Source: Octopus bimaculoides (taxonomy: Eukaryota). Taken from it: a stretch of 64,000 nt of DNA. Under the pieces are notes generated by a model, which was given only the letters and a program-made list of their open reading frames with translations, was not told the origin of the DNA and did no database searches. Positions 37,289 through 51,325 of this stretch are shown one piece after another (position 1 is the stretch's first letter; every line of letters begins with the position of its first letter). The translations under genes and the position numbers were made by a program. The DNA lies in the NCBI RefSeq assembly GCF_001194135.2, contig NC_068984.1:34560409-34624408 (forward strand), in the 5' to 3' direction.

Positions 37289-38649
37289 CGATTTTTATGT
37301 TTGCCTAACTATGAATCACTCTATTACATTCCTTCTCACAAAGTTTATATAGTTAAACAAGAATGATGATTTTTGGGTTGATCACACCTCAAGGTTACAT
37401 ACACTTATTGTTCGATCATTTATCATTTGATTTTAATTGTTTCAGTTGTGCTTTTTAAAGCATTTTCCTTAGAATATTATGTCCTCGTTTTTCTGTGAAG
37501 CTAAATTTCTTCACGTTCTAACATATCTAACTTCATAATTTTCGACAAATTTATCCTCATTATACTGTCAACTATGACATGAACGTAATTTCCCGTTCCC
37601 CGCCTCTTTTAGTTGTCTTCCAAGATTTTCATTTAATTGAATATAATTATATTTTCACAGTAATAAATAAAAATACAAGAGAAAACAAAAAGCAAATTGA
37701 TAGTGGAGACAAAATAAAACTGAATACATTGTAATAGATATTGATTTTAAAACATTTGTTTAAAATATGAAATTTTGACGGTCTACTATGTGTGTTGTTA
37801 TACAAATATGTAAGATAAAATTGAATAGGACCTGAATTGCCACTTCTCGGCAAATGGAAGATTAAACAGATATTAAAAAGCGGGAAAACTCCCAAACCCG
37901 CTATAGAGATACACTCCATGCTGCGCAATGAGGTAACACCAAGATGAAAAGTAAAACTTTGTCGTTTACTTTTTAAACCAGTCATCCCTTTTTAAATACC
38001 ATCGAAAATACCAGCCTTAACTTTCTAATTTTAAACCCATTTTATGTTATATCTTCCATTACAGTATGAAGTGTTTCTATTTACATCTATTGCTAATAAC
38101 ATTTGTTTGGTGGTATATGTAAAGCGTACCGCTGAATTACGTCCTTTTACGTTGTAAGTTCAAATTTACGTGAAATCAGGATTGCTTCTCAATCTTGCAG
38201 TGCTGCTAGAATATTTTTACTCATCATGCTGATTTAATTTCTTTTTTCTAAATTAGAAATCAGTTATAAGCAATTTTTGTTTCATTTTTGGTCGATTGAT
38301 TTTGACTACAATGTGTAAAATGTAAGAAAGTACGAAATAATTATTTAATTTTAAAAGGATGATCAACAAATTTCTTAGGAACTGTTTTGCTTCTGCTTCT
38401 ATTGTCTGTGAAAGTTCTCGTTCAAAGTTTACTCATGTTGATATTGTCATTTATATTTTCAAATTGAATAAAAGTAATGTTGTGGGTGTAATCAATTACC
38501 CTCCCCGACAAGTATGTTGTTTTGTACTAATAGACAGAAACACTACGAGAGCAAGTGATTCATGAATGACTTCAGCTACGAAATTATGAGCCTGATTTGG
38601 TCTAAATTCACCTCTCTGACAACATTACTGTCCATTGAACAGAATTAGC

Positions 38650-38877
38650 GGCGAGCTGGCAGAAACGTTAGCACGCCGGGCGAAATGCTTAGCGGCATTT
38701 CGTCTGCCGTTACGTTCTGAGTTCAAATTCCGCCGAGGTCGACTTTGCCTTTCATCTTTTCGGGGTCGATAAATTATGTACCAGTTACGCACTGGGGTCG
38801 ATGTTATCGACTTAATACCTTTGTCTGTCCTTGTTTGTCCCCTCTATGTTTCTCCCCTTGTTGGCAATAAAGAAATA
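38650..38877 (+). mobile_element. SINE family A, full length, with 9-bp target-site duplication AGAATTAGC
   Basis: TSD at 38641-38649 and 38878-38886. A-box-like TGGCAGAAACGTTAG, internal 8-bp hairpin cgaaatgc/gcatttcg and B-box-like GAGTTCAAATTCC. Confidence 0.95.
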
Positions 38878-40531
38878 AGAATTAGCTGAATCAATCTATT
38901 AACTGCATTGTAAACATTTGGGAATGTATTGTAAGTTAGAGCCGGTCTAGCTTGCATAAATGTCTTAAAAATATAAAACATGGCCGTCACGACATCCTGT
39001 TTTCTCCTCTACGCAGTTATGGAATATATAGTCCTAAGCTATAGTTCGCGCCTCCGGGAATAGGGATTGCATTAAGATTATTTAGAGTCACAAGAGTTTC
39101 ATGGAGCATGCTAAAATCTGTCTTTTTTGGTTTCTAGAACTTTTAATGTGTATAAAAATATACTAAAAATAACACAATCTTGTCTATGAAATACAAAATT
39201 AATTTTCATTCAGTTGCATCAGTTGTTAAGTTTTCTTTATAATTATTGTTACATATTTGTTAACGTTATATTTCATAGAATTAAAAACAGCTTCTTACAA
39301 CAAAACCTAGATTTTTCTATGAATAGCATGACACATAGTAGTGTTGAAGAAAAAATTCCTACAGAGCATGAATTTAGTCATACAACTTCGAATAAAAGGA
39401 AAACTAGAAGCTAAATTATCCCACACAAAAAAGGAATTATAATGAACCATCTTTGGAATATAGATTTACATTGCCCTGAAGCATAACGAAAAGCGTCAAG
39501 TCTGTTTCATTTGCTACAAATGTTTCATGAAGTAAAAAGATAGTATAATAATATCTACGCTTCCTACACATGCTTCGATTTAAAAATTTTCTAAAATCTT
39601 CGCAATAGATTTTAAAATACTCCCTATGTTAATAAAAATATTTGAGAGCATCATACGAAGACGCATACTTAATTGTAAACATTATGTAAATTATACACGA
39701 TTGGTGGAGACTTCATGTTCCCAAAGACAAGTAGAATATTAGAAGTGATTCACCGAAAGATGTATACAGAAAAAAGGCGAACAGTTCCCCTACTAAATAT
39801 TACGCTTCCTAGAATAAGTGTAAGCAAAATAATTCGTAAAAATGTTATAAGAATGACAAAAAATAAACAAAATATCACTAATTTAGAATAATCAGCTGAT
39901 ATTTAACAGCAAATCAGTCGTTGGATTTCTAAGATTTTAAATGGCAAGTGAGTGCACGAGAGTATACTAATTTAATAGTTATTAAGTGGACGTATAAACA
40001 ATGAACATGTTTTCTCACTGATATGGTGTATGTGGTTATATCGCAACTGCAGTAATCTGGGATGCAGTAAGATTTCAAACAAAGTTGAAATATGCAAGCA
40101 TTGCAACTGTAATATGCTATCATAGCACGATCCATTCCGAATCAACTGTAGCAAATAATAGGAAAATAATTCAGAGCTAAATGTGGTTAGACGCAGTGAA
40201 AATAAGACTCAGACCTTGTAAAAAAAAACATCATTTATAGTGACAATTATATATGTAAGATTAAGGTTTGTCAGATATATTTGAGAAAGTTTATGTACTG
40301 AAAATGTCACCTTAAGGGAAGATTACTATAATTTCCAACGTGAAATTGTTTGTAATAAAAATAACCAGTAATATACTTGGAGTAAATAATACTTGGACAT
40401 TTGCTCTATTAAAAGCATGCACTATCAACATAGTCAGCATATTGGGTTCATAGAGCTACCGGTGAAGCTCATTTTCCGTGTACTATTTCTTGAATACTGT
40501 ATAGAGGACGTACCTACCTTTTCCTAAATAT

Positions 40532-40748
40532 TCTTTTCTACTCTAGGCACAAGGCCCGAAATGTTTGTGGAGGAGGGACAGTCGATTAGATCAACGCCAA
40601 TGCGAAATTTGTTCTCAATTTATCGATGCTGATGGGATGAAAGGCAAAGTCGTCCTCGGTGGAATTTGAATTCAGAACGTAAAGACAGACGGAATAAAGC
40701 TAAGCATTTCGCCCAGCGTGTTAGCGTTTCTGCCAGCTACCCGCCTTC
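40532..40748 (-). mobile_element. SINE family A, near full length, other tail type
   Basis: aaaggcaaagtcgtcctcggtggaatttgaattcagaacgtaaagacagacgg..gctaagcatttcgcccagcgtgttagcgtttctgccagct is the reverse complement of the family A head. Confidence 0.9.
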
Positions 40749-42905
40749 TTTTTCCTGAATATTTCAACAAGAAGATGGTTATGCTAAATAGCGGTTTCTT
40801 ACTAATCGTCGGAGAAATATACTGTAATTCCCTTGGTTCAAGCACTGTTTTATTGCATCAGGCACTACCGATTTTCTGTTAGCATCATTTGACAATCAAT
40901 TGCCCTTCTCATAGACACAGCACAATCCTTTTGACAGAATAGAATCTACGACGTATCTCTCGACGGTCTACTACCATATGTATTTGATCAAATGTGACCT
41001 CTGTGTCATTATAAAAATAAAATCATTAATTATCTGTCGAAAAGATTGTATTATCAGATTTTATTTATTTCCACGGATAATATACGAGTTTTATATCAGA
41101 AATTGTTCAAGGAAAACAATGTAATGTAACTAAACATATTCGTTATTCTCAAAGGATATTGCTAAAACTGCACAGAATGAAATAAAATGTGTATTTATAT
41201 ATCCCCATAGTTATGATTAAAATTTGTTTGGTTGTTATGTTCATTCAGAAACAGAATAGTGTGCTAATAGAAGTAATAGGGTACTTGAATAAACATTTTA
41301 AGTGTAAACAGTTCAGATAAATAACCATTAGATAGGATTATTAAATAAGTCTTAATTGCTTTGCACGGTAAAACATTAAACGATAACTATGAAAAATCTC
41401 AAGATTGTAATAATTTAATCAGTCTTGTTTAAATACTATTACATTGCAGGAAAATAAAATTAATAGATCTTATATATGGTATTTTATACATCCAAATCTC
41501 ATGAAAATATGAATTTGTTACTTTATTAAAAATTCCATAATAGCTTTCAAATGTGATTGTTAAAGTCAGAAGTCATCAACATATAACGTGGAAGTGATTA
41601 ACGTACCACAATTTCATACAGGAAAAACATGTGCTACCGTTTCTTGATGAATATATAGGTGTTGAAGCGTACTTTCACGTCCGAATTGATCACATTTTTT
41701 TACCAGACACAGTATATCTAGAAATACTTTATACATTCTGCACTTTCCAAAAGTTCTAGAGGGAAAGTTTCGAAATATTTATTTGCTAGTCATAGTTGTT
41801 CGAGTCCCAATAGTATATTAATTATAACCTGTGATGCATATCATGATAACTCGTAATTGAAATTCTAATTTGTGTAGTCATATGTATAGGCATGAGCCAA
41901 GTCAGTAACATTTAAGTGCATGTCTGACTTCCAAAAATAGCAAGCATATCTCCCCCAAATCCCGCCTCTGCCTTCAAAATTTCATTGTAGTTTGATCAAG
42001 AGCTATATGATTAAAGAAAAAAAAAACATATCTACCATTTTATGAGTAAATATGTTCAAATATTTATTTTTTACTTCTTGCTATATAAGAAATCTTAAAA
42101 TCCGGTGAATTACTTATAATGGAGCACAAGGCCAACAGAAGCCTTCTTGAATTAAACAATAGCGACTAAAATGTGACTATAGCAGAATCTTGACTTTACA
42201 CTTCACAAGTGCATTAGGAAACGATACCTTAAAAAGTCAAAAGTGAATAAACTATACAGCAGTGAATGGGCCACATATTGTATTATTTTTAGTGGGGAGG
42301 GAAGGAGAAATACTTGAAATAAGGGTAATGAAATAATTGGAGCATAACAAAAGAAATCTAGATGAAAACAAGTTCTAGCCTCATTATTAATACTAAAACA
42401 AATGCAGTCAACAAAACCACACTATATAAAAGAATGGGCAGAGGTTACCGCTTGTAATCTATTTGTCTGGTAACCTTCCATGATATACTGGTAATTTTTA
42501 TACTGGTCCGGTATTACGTAGACATAAACTATACATGGGTGAAACTTTTGTTTAAACTTATCGTTAATCTATTAATTTACAATAATACAGAGAGGTAAAG
42601 AGCTGTAGATGGAGAGAGGGAGACGGGTACATAGTTGGCTAGTATGGAGAGGGGAGAAAAATATGGAAAAAAGATAGTGCTATAAAACAAAATAAAAAAA
42701 AATGGGAGAAGTGTTGTGAAAAGAAATAAAGAAACCTAATCAATATATTGATAACAATAAATGTTTTATGCACACTAGATTAAAAAAAAAATAACCGTGC
42801 CGATATCAATAGTGACAACAGAAGCAACAACAACAGCATTTATTGCAACAGTAAAGATGGAAACATTATAGTTTTTTTGTTTTATTTTTGTTCTTGTTGC
42901 TTCAC

Positions 42906-42967
<62 letters not shown>

Positions 42968-43587
42968 GTTGTAGTTCGTGTTGTTGTTTTCCACCATCAA
43001 CACTACCATCAGCAACATTATTATCGCGTCCTTTTGTTTGTTGTTTTTTTTTTCTCCCCAAAATATCGCCGAGGATCGTATCGATTATATAGTTCAAAAT
43101 TCTTTGGGCTTGATGCAAATAGCACTTTCAGAGCAGCATGGCGAAAAATTGAAAACTACAAGGAGATAATAAACAAAAACAAAGAGAGGAAATACAAAAG
43201 TAAACAGATGAATATAGTAACTAAAACAAAGGTGTAGAATAAATAGATAGAAAAAAACAGTTCAACAAAAATATCGTAAATCCTTCAACTCATTGTCTAA
43301 CACTTCACAATTTGCGTTCTTTCAGACGCACACACACCCATAAACACAATAAACACAATCGCTTTTTACGAAGTACTTTAACTGATGGTATTTACAGAAA
43401 AAGTTACACAATGCAATGCTATACATATGTATGTAATATATATATATANNNNNNNNNNNNNNNNNNNNNNNNNNNNNNNNNNNNNNNNNNNNNNNNNNNN
43501 NNNNNNNNNNNNNNNNNNNNNNNNNNNNNNNNNNNNNNNNNNNNNNNNNACACACATATATATGTATATACATATATATATATCTAC

Positions 43588-43621
<34 letters not shown>

Positions 43622-43944
43622 GAACGTATATGATATGATTTATATACATGTGTACACACACACATACACATGTATACGCGTGCGTGTAATGCCTACAAAA
43701 TGCGTGCAGAAAGATGATCAAACCTTTTTATCCCCCCCCCATTTCCCATCATATTCCACCTTCAATATTTCCCTTCTTTTCATATTGTAATCTCCTATTT
43801 TATAGAGTTACTCTACAGTGCATTCGAAATCTAAGAATAGTTTTCAAAATGAGAAGAACACTAACAGCAATTACAGCATCAACAACAATAATGATGATAA
43901 TAAAATAACAATGATCCTTTCTTATATAGGAAAACCACCTGAAT

Positions 43945-44128
43945 TTATTTGGGGTGGGTGCTAATAGATTACATGGGCTCAGGGCTATAGTGGTAATTAT
44001 TTTATCGATTTTCAAAGGATGAAATGCAAAGAAACACTGCGGGATTTGAACTCAGAACATAAAGGATAACGAAATCCCATTAAAAATTTTCTTCGTCGTA
44101 TTAACGATTCTGTCAGCTCGCCGGCCTT
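43945..44128 (-). mobile_element. Degenerate SINE family A copy
   Basis: ggatgaaatgcaaag..gcgggatttgaactcagaac..ttaacgattctgtcagctcgccg. Confidence 0.7.
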
Positions 44129-44429
44129 TAGAGCTTCGACAAAACGTTTGTCGCTTAGGGGTGCGATAGAGTATCAGGTGGGCTTGAAACACTTGAAAGC
44201 TTGTGGATAACTAAGGTTACAGGTAGTAACCGGCTACTCATGTCAATTCTACCGGGAACACGAACGAACCTGAGTCAAATCAACAGCAACAACGACAACA
44301 ATAACAACAATAATAAGGAGGAAGAGGAGGACAACAAGGAGAAGAAGAAAATACAGAAAATAATCTTTTCTGTATTGACCATAAGGGCCGAAGACAAACC
44401 CAAAAGGGACATTACAAAGTATTTTTAAA

Positions 44430-45870
44430 AAATATTCCCGTAAACGGTGTCGTTCAACCCAGGGCCAACCAAAGAACTCCTCACTTTCTGATCAAGAAAA
44501 TCTCAACCAGGCTCGTATGTTTGGCGTAGATGAATTCACACTGTCCATTGGCGTTACATTCACACACCTTTTAGCAAAAACTACTGAGAGGAAGCACTTC
44601 CGTCTCAACACTCCCCTTATCAATTGAAACTTGAAAAGATCGATGAAAGCCTACCCGAAGAGCAAACTCTCTCTTCTCAATTCTTTCAAACTATTCCACT
44701 ACCATAAGCACAAAACAGTGAAAATTACTTGCCCTTCTTTCCCTTCCAAAGGAAGTGGTGGGGCGATTCGCTCGATAGACCCGGTTGATTACTGGATCTG
44801 CCTCACGCTTTTCAACAGTTGTTCGACAAAGCTTCAAATGTCAACAACGGCCAGGCCTTGAGTAAATTCATTCAAAATGATTTCTTCTGCTTGCTCACGT
44901 CTCGGACATGTTCAACTGATGGTACCTCTGTCTATGTTTGATACTGGACTCTAGCTTCATCAATGAGACGAACGGCTAAAAAATCTATCTAATAGTGAAC
45001 ACGCCTGTTCACTGTCAAGGAAGTGCTGCAGATGTTGCCGCCTCAGTGCATGTCTGCGCATCCTTAACCATGACACGACCAGTCTTCTGCTGACGTCAGT
45101 TGTACCGCCGGTCAGAGAAAGCAGAAAGGCAAGTGCTCAAGATTAACCATCCACGAAGCAAAGCAAGGGACAACTGTCAGGCAGACTTAGAAGACGGAAG
45201 AGACTTAAGTATTCCCCACCTCCATCCTACCCTTCAAGGACAGCTTCCATTTGGCCCATTTCTGAGTGAGGCTGGCCACTTTGCTCGTCACCTCATCCCA
45301 GTTCTTTTCCACCTGCAGGTCCAGACCAAACTAGACACCGAACACTGCAACCGGTCCTTCCGTCTAGCGGCCTGCAACGCTGTTGGACGGCATGGAATAG
45401 CCTCTCCAAGGAGCCGAGCTGAAGACCCATCGACATCTCCTGGTTAATCTTTGCTCGTATCCCCGTTTCGTACTCCCTTAGGGAAGTGCCGTTCACCTCA
45501 ATTTCTAAGATGTCCGATTGTATTACTGAGACGTCATCTGCATAAGCCGACACGAACCTTCCGCAATTTAGTTCACGCTAGATGCCCCTCAAAATATCTA
45601 ACTTCCGCAGAGATGGCACGAGACAGAGCACATACAGAAGGGTTGAGAGTGGGCATCGTCGACAGACTGAAAATGTAATTGGCGGCCATTTACTTTGACC
45701 ACCGAATAAATATCGGAGTGCATTACGGTGATGCAGTCCCTGAAGACGTGACAGATACAGGCCACTGCGAGGACAGCCTCTAAGTATTGGTAGTCGACAC
45801 TATCAAAAGCTTTAGCTTGATCTCAGTTGATCAGACACCATTCATGCCATTTTCCTTATCTAAATTATCT
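44430..45870 (-). mobile_element. Tx1/L1-clade non-LTR retrotransposon RT remnant
   Basis: Minus strand: DQAKAFDSVDYQYLEAVL..SDIYSVVKVNG and SAYADDVSVI..LREYETGIRAKINQEMSMGLQLGS (YADD catalytic motif). Many frameshifts; GC-rich relative to the flanks. Confidence 0.85.
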
Positions 45871-48800
45871 ATGATATAATGTGTGAGGTGGAAATTGTTG
45901 TGAACACAACTCTTCGGGATAACGCATGTCTGCTCATCGACAAGTCTATTGACGACAAAGGTCAATCGGTTAAAACTCAGACCAGATTTTGTAATCTGCT
46001 TACATCAGACTTTTGTTACTCCAAACGTGACCTTGTTGTTATTGTTGTTGATGTCGTTATTGTTATTCACGTTGCAGATGTTGATATTTGAGTTACCGAG
46101 GATACTGCTGATATTGTTTCTTACACTGTTGTTGCAGTGAAGGTGGTGATGAGTTTGGTGATGGCCTTGTCGGTGGTCGTATTTTTGTCACTGTTGGTGA
46201 ATGTCTGTGGTATTGTCACCTATATTGAAGTAAGTCACTTTCATATTTCGAAATAAATTCCTGTGCTGTGTTGTCGTTGTTGTTGCTCTTATTATTTAAA
46301 ATCCTGTTCAAAAATTTATACAAAAAAAACTCAAGCTTATATACGAACACAGTGCAATAATTCTTTTATTCAAAATCTAATATCATGTTTTGTAAAAACA
46401 AAAAAAACAAAAAAAAAAACCAAAAAATAACATACCTTAGAGTTCAATAATTAAATTAGAATTGTCAAATTACGTACAGGAGACTACAGTCTATGATGTG
46501 AAGACGGACAAAAAAACCTAGAAAATTCAGCATAGAAAATCTAAATCTCAAAACAGAACACTATAACCTTTCGAGATTCCTGTAAAGCACACAGAGGTTT
46601 AAGACGTTCAACTTCAGCTGAACTGACAATGTCGGCCACTAAGTCTATAGCAACAGTAACCGCAGGTAAATTCTATACACCATGAATAATGATTAGGAAT
46701 TCTGAATGTAAAAAAAAAAAAGTATGAATGGAAACGAAGCTATTTTTGCTTCTATTTGAAGGATATTGGAAAGGATCCCCTTTTCTGCTTCTTCTCTGAA
46801 TGATGTACAAATTCTATAAAGGAATGCAAGTAAATATCTTTTGTATATTTACGAAATCACTTCTACGCTGCGGCTGGTAATACTATACGAAGTGCTCATA
46901 TTTAGTTCAGAAATTGGTTTAAAATTCGATTTTAAAAAGCACCTGGATAACCTTGAAGAGAAGAGAGTTAATAAAAGGCGCTAATATGACATTAAATGAG
47001 AACACAGAGATAATAGATTTAAATAAAACATATTCACTTAGTTGAAGGGGAAAAATAACGAGACAGAGTATAAGAAACACGTACACAGGATTATCCAGAA
47101 TGAACAGTATAAACGTAAAATATTATTATGTAACACAAATTTAAAGTAATATATGACAATACTTTCAAACTGTCAGTAATGAGTTTCATTTATAATAAAT
47201 CTTTAAGTGGACGTTAGACAGCGAAACAAGTAAAATAATAGTTGCTCTTCGAATATGTTACCAGAAAGGAAACAGAACTTTTGTTTGTACCACAATTGCA
47301 GTAGAGAAGGAAATATTCTACAAATTAGATTATTATTATCTACTTCTCAATTATGAAAATATTTCGTGAAGTATAGGGTGAGTCTAATATACGTGGTTAC
47401 AAAGCATGAAAGAAACATGTTCTTTTTTATGGAAAGCAGCACGCATGAAAGGAGACTTCGGTAAAAGAGATTTCTTAGGAGGATCTTTTAAAAGTAGATA
47501 ATCTTATAGAAAAATTAAAAATAAAAATATTAGTGTAAAAACTATATTACAAAAATTTTATGCTATGGTATTTTAAAGAAAATTATCAAGATGGCCGATG
47601 CCTAACAAAAGCCTATGCGTTTCATCATGCAACGAGGGGAACACCTGCGTTCTCATTATATAAAGATATAGTGACAGGAATGATAAACGATATTCGGAAG
47701 GTGTTTCGAATATAGAATATGAAACATCACCAGCACAAACTTTAAAGCATGTCACACAGCTGCTGCTGCAAATGGTAGTGTAAGATTCTATTAGAAAATA
47801 TATGAAATAATTCGTAGCATAATGATAAGGATGATAAATGGTTAATAGAAGGAAGATAATATTTTACAGCGGATATATGAACATCGACTAATGTATATAT
47901 ATCTGCTATTTTTTTTATCAAACAACGTTTTATTAAACAATATTATATATATATAATATTGTTTAATTAAATTTTGGATTACATATACCTCTTATTAAAA
48001 GAGAGAATGCAGTACCCATTATCTTTTAATATAAGCAGGTCGTTTACAATTGGTAGAAAAATGAGTACCGTTAACACGAATCTAGGGACCTAGACCGGAC
48101 GCTTGAAACGGAACGAATTATACGAAATATATCTAAGGGCTACTTAGTGCTTATGAACAGATCCACAGACTATCTGTCACCCCAGCAAGCGTTGGGTAGA
48201 ATAAATACTGTTAAGTGGGCGCTTTAACAATTTAGCCAAACTATCATGTTCTTGATTTCCAAACGTATGAAAGCTAAATTTGAACTCAGTGCCCACGGAT
48301 AAATATCGTTAACGCTCTGAAACTGTTACAAATTAATGTAATAATATACTAAACGAATGGACCTTCCACTTAGAAGTTTAATATTGGGTTATTCAGTATT
48401 CTCTTTCTATCGCATTCATGATATTTTGAGTATATACATCTATATTCATTGTGTTGGTGAAAATATTACATATAGTGTGCACTGAGATATGACTTTATTA
48501 AATTGTATATACACATATATACTAATTTATCTAATCAATTATTTTAATGTCCAATCTGGACCTGAACACACACAAAAACGCATGTAATTACAATCTAACC
48601 TAGATAAAGTGTACGATAAATTAAATACTTGTATAATTGATGTGATTTGAAATCATATAGTTAGGTTGACATATCTGCATTAGCACTATGTTAAAACGCC
48701 CTGTGGAACTTGGTTGTTTTTTTTTTCGGAAAGAAACCGAAACAAGGAACTTAAAACATCAAGACATCTATCAAAAACTAAGGTTTCAATTTGGTCTTGC

Positions 48801-50209
48801 ATTTAATGCATAATATATATTCTGTGTGTGTCTACGTGCGGGGTCTGGCTGTATTCATGCGTGCATATGCATATGTATACACTCACATATAGTGTGTTAT
48901 AAATCAAGTGGTATTCAATTGAGTGAGATATGCAAGCAAAATAGATCGATAAATTAAACCTCTCCCTTACTTGGAGTAAAATGAATAAATTAATAAATAA
49001 ATAAATAAAGAAATCAACAGCTGCGTAAAATATAGCAATATAGGTTACGACGAAATGATTAAATAGAGTAAAAGCCATCATATAATGACATCTCTTCTAT
49101 TCTAATCAAAACATTATCGAATATATACATAGAAGAGTAACGTATAAATATGTGTCACGGACAACACCCAATGAGTCAAAAATAAAACTGATGAAATGTG
49201 AAGACAAAGTATTACCAGCTGTGACCAATTAGCTAGAACTTCATAACAGTATTTCAAGAACAGTAAATGTAAATCGTTGATGGCAGTTCGTGAACATCAA
49301 AGACATCATATATAACTATTATAGGACTAGAAATATAGAGGTAACCTCCAAATTAGCAAAATAAATATGGAGCTGATAGTATAGGTAGATGGTAGAAAGT
49401 GACAGGTTTATATTTTATGTATAATATGTTATGACGTTATATAGGTATAGCGATACTAATAGCCTGTTTTTAGAACCAATTCACATAAACATTACAATAA
49501 ACCGTTAGGAGAGTACAAAGCGTGATATGAAATTAAATAAATGACAATGGGACAAGAATTGCGCAGTCAACTTCCTTGTTTTATGAATTTTTTTCTGCTA
49601 TGAATTGCAGTATACTCAGACATGAGGGCTTGTGCATTACCTCATATGTTACTGAGAGCCTCCAAAGCTTTAAATGTTCCCGTTGCATCCCATACCATCA
49701 ATTCATACCTCCCTCTAACCCTATCTATCTTTTTCTTTCTCTCTCTGTTATGCTACAAATTCCAACTGAAACAGACGATGAAGAGCAGCAATATTGATTC
49801 TAAATGCTGAGAGCAGCATGCAGGACAGATAAAGCGTATCGTTTTATCAAAACTATCGTAGAATATTTTGAAAAACTTACTCGAGGAAAGGAAAGACATG
49901 AACAGTTACGATGAAATACGTATGAACACCCTCGAGCCCCTCTACGGACCACCAAGTATCCACCTCTGTGGATTATAGTTCCACGCAAAAATCGGAATTG
50001 TCACCCGTCAGAGGCACGGTCATAAATGAGGAAACAAAAATGGAGAAAGAAATACAAGGAAGCAAGGACAAGATCTATCAGTCAGTCCTCGCTGTGTGGC
50101 AATAAAGAAAGTTATGTATGTATGTATTATGCATGTATGTATGTATTAGGTATGTATGCATGCATGTATCTATCTCTGTTTGTCTATATGTCTGCCTGTC
50201 TGCCTGCAT

Positions 50210-50210
50210 G

Positions 50211-50296
<86 letters not shown>

Positions 50297-50330
50297 CGTC
50301 TGTCTGTTTGTCTGTGTATCTATCTATTTA
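50210..50330. repeat. (TCTA)n / (TCTG)n tetranucleotide array
   Basis: Direct reading. A similar array lies at 51165-51360. Confidence 0.9.
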
Positions 50331-51162
50331 TATGTTTGCTTGTCTAGTATGTACATTGCATATACATATGTAGACACACATCGCACACGCGCGTGCACAC
50401 ACGCGCACCCGTGTGCACACACGCACACCCGTGTGCACACGCGCACGCACATTTACATACAAGAGCATGTGCAATAAGAATGCTTTACATTTGCATAAAA
50501 CTAATGAATTTTGCCTTAAATAAATTGGTAAAATATGGATAGATGCATTTCCTCTATAATAAGTAACAGGAATATACTGAGGTATGTTCGATAACATCGA
50601 AGTTGCTTTTTCCGATGTATAAAATAACCGCTATGAAAAATACATATATTTTGTACAGTTTTGCAAATTTTAGAAGGGATGGATCAATCTAAATGAATTA
50701 CACTTGGTTTTCGTTACTTGCGTTGTTGAAACAAAAAGCAGGGCACTCATAGTACACCGGGATTCAGTTTTGTCTATATACGGAAGGCATATAAACAAAA
50801 CGAATTGTTCAAAAGTATTATGTCTGACAGTTTGTCCTTTTATACGCTCCACTACATTCGTAAATAAAAACTAAAAACACAAAAATTAATCAACAAATTA
50901 CAAGAGAACTCACAGTAATTTCATTAGTTTACTAATTAATTAATTCATATAGAGATTGCTTCCTTTTATATCACACTAAAAGTATATAATTTTCTAAAGC
51001 CATTAAAATCAATTAGATTAATTTGCTTACATGCTGCTTCTGTTTAAATAATGTTATTGGTGCAAGACTATGAATACACTACATATTTTCCATCAAACAA
51101 TGTTTTTTTTTAGTTAATTATGTACGTAAGTGGGAAAGAAAAAGAGAAAGACAGAGCATATA

Positions 51163-51215
<53 letters not shown>

Positions 51216-51294
51216 GTCTGTCTGTCTGTCTGTCTGTCTGCCTGACTGTCTGTCTGTCTGTCTCTCTCTCTCTCATTCTCTCTGTCGGCCTGTC

Positions 51295-51325
<31 letters not shown>

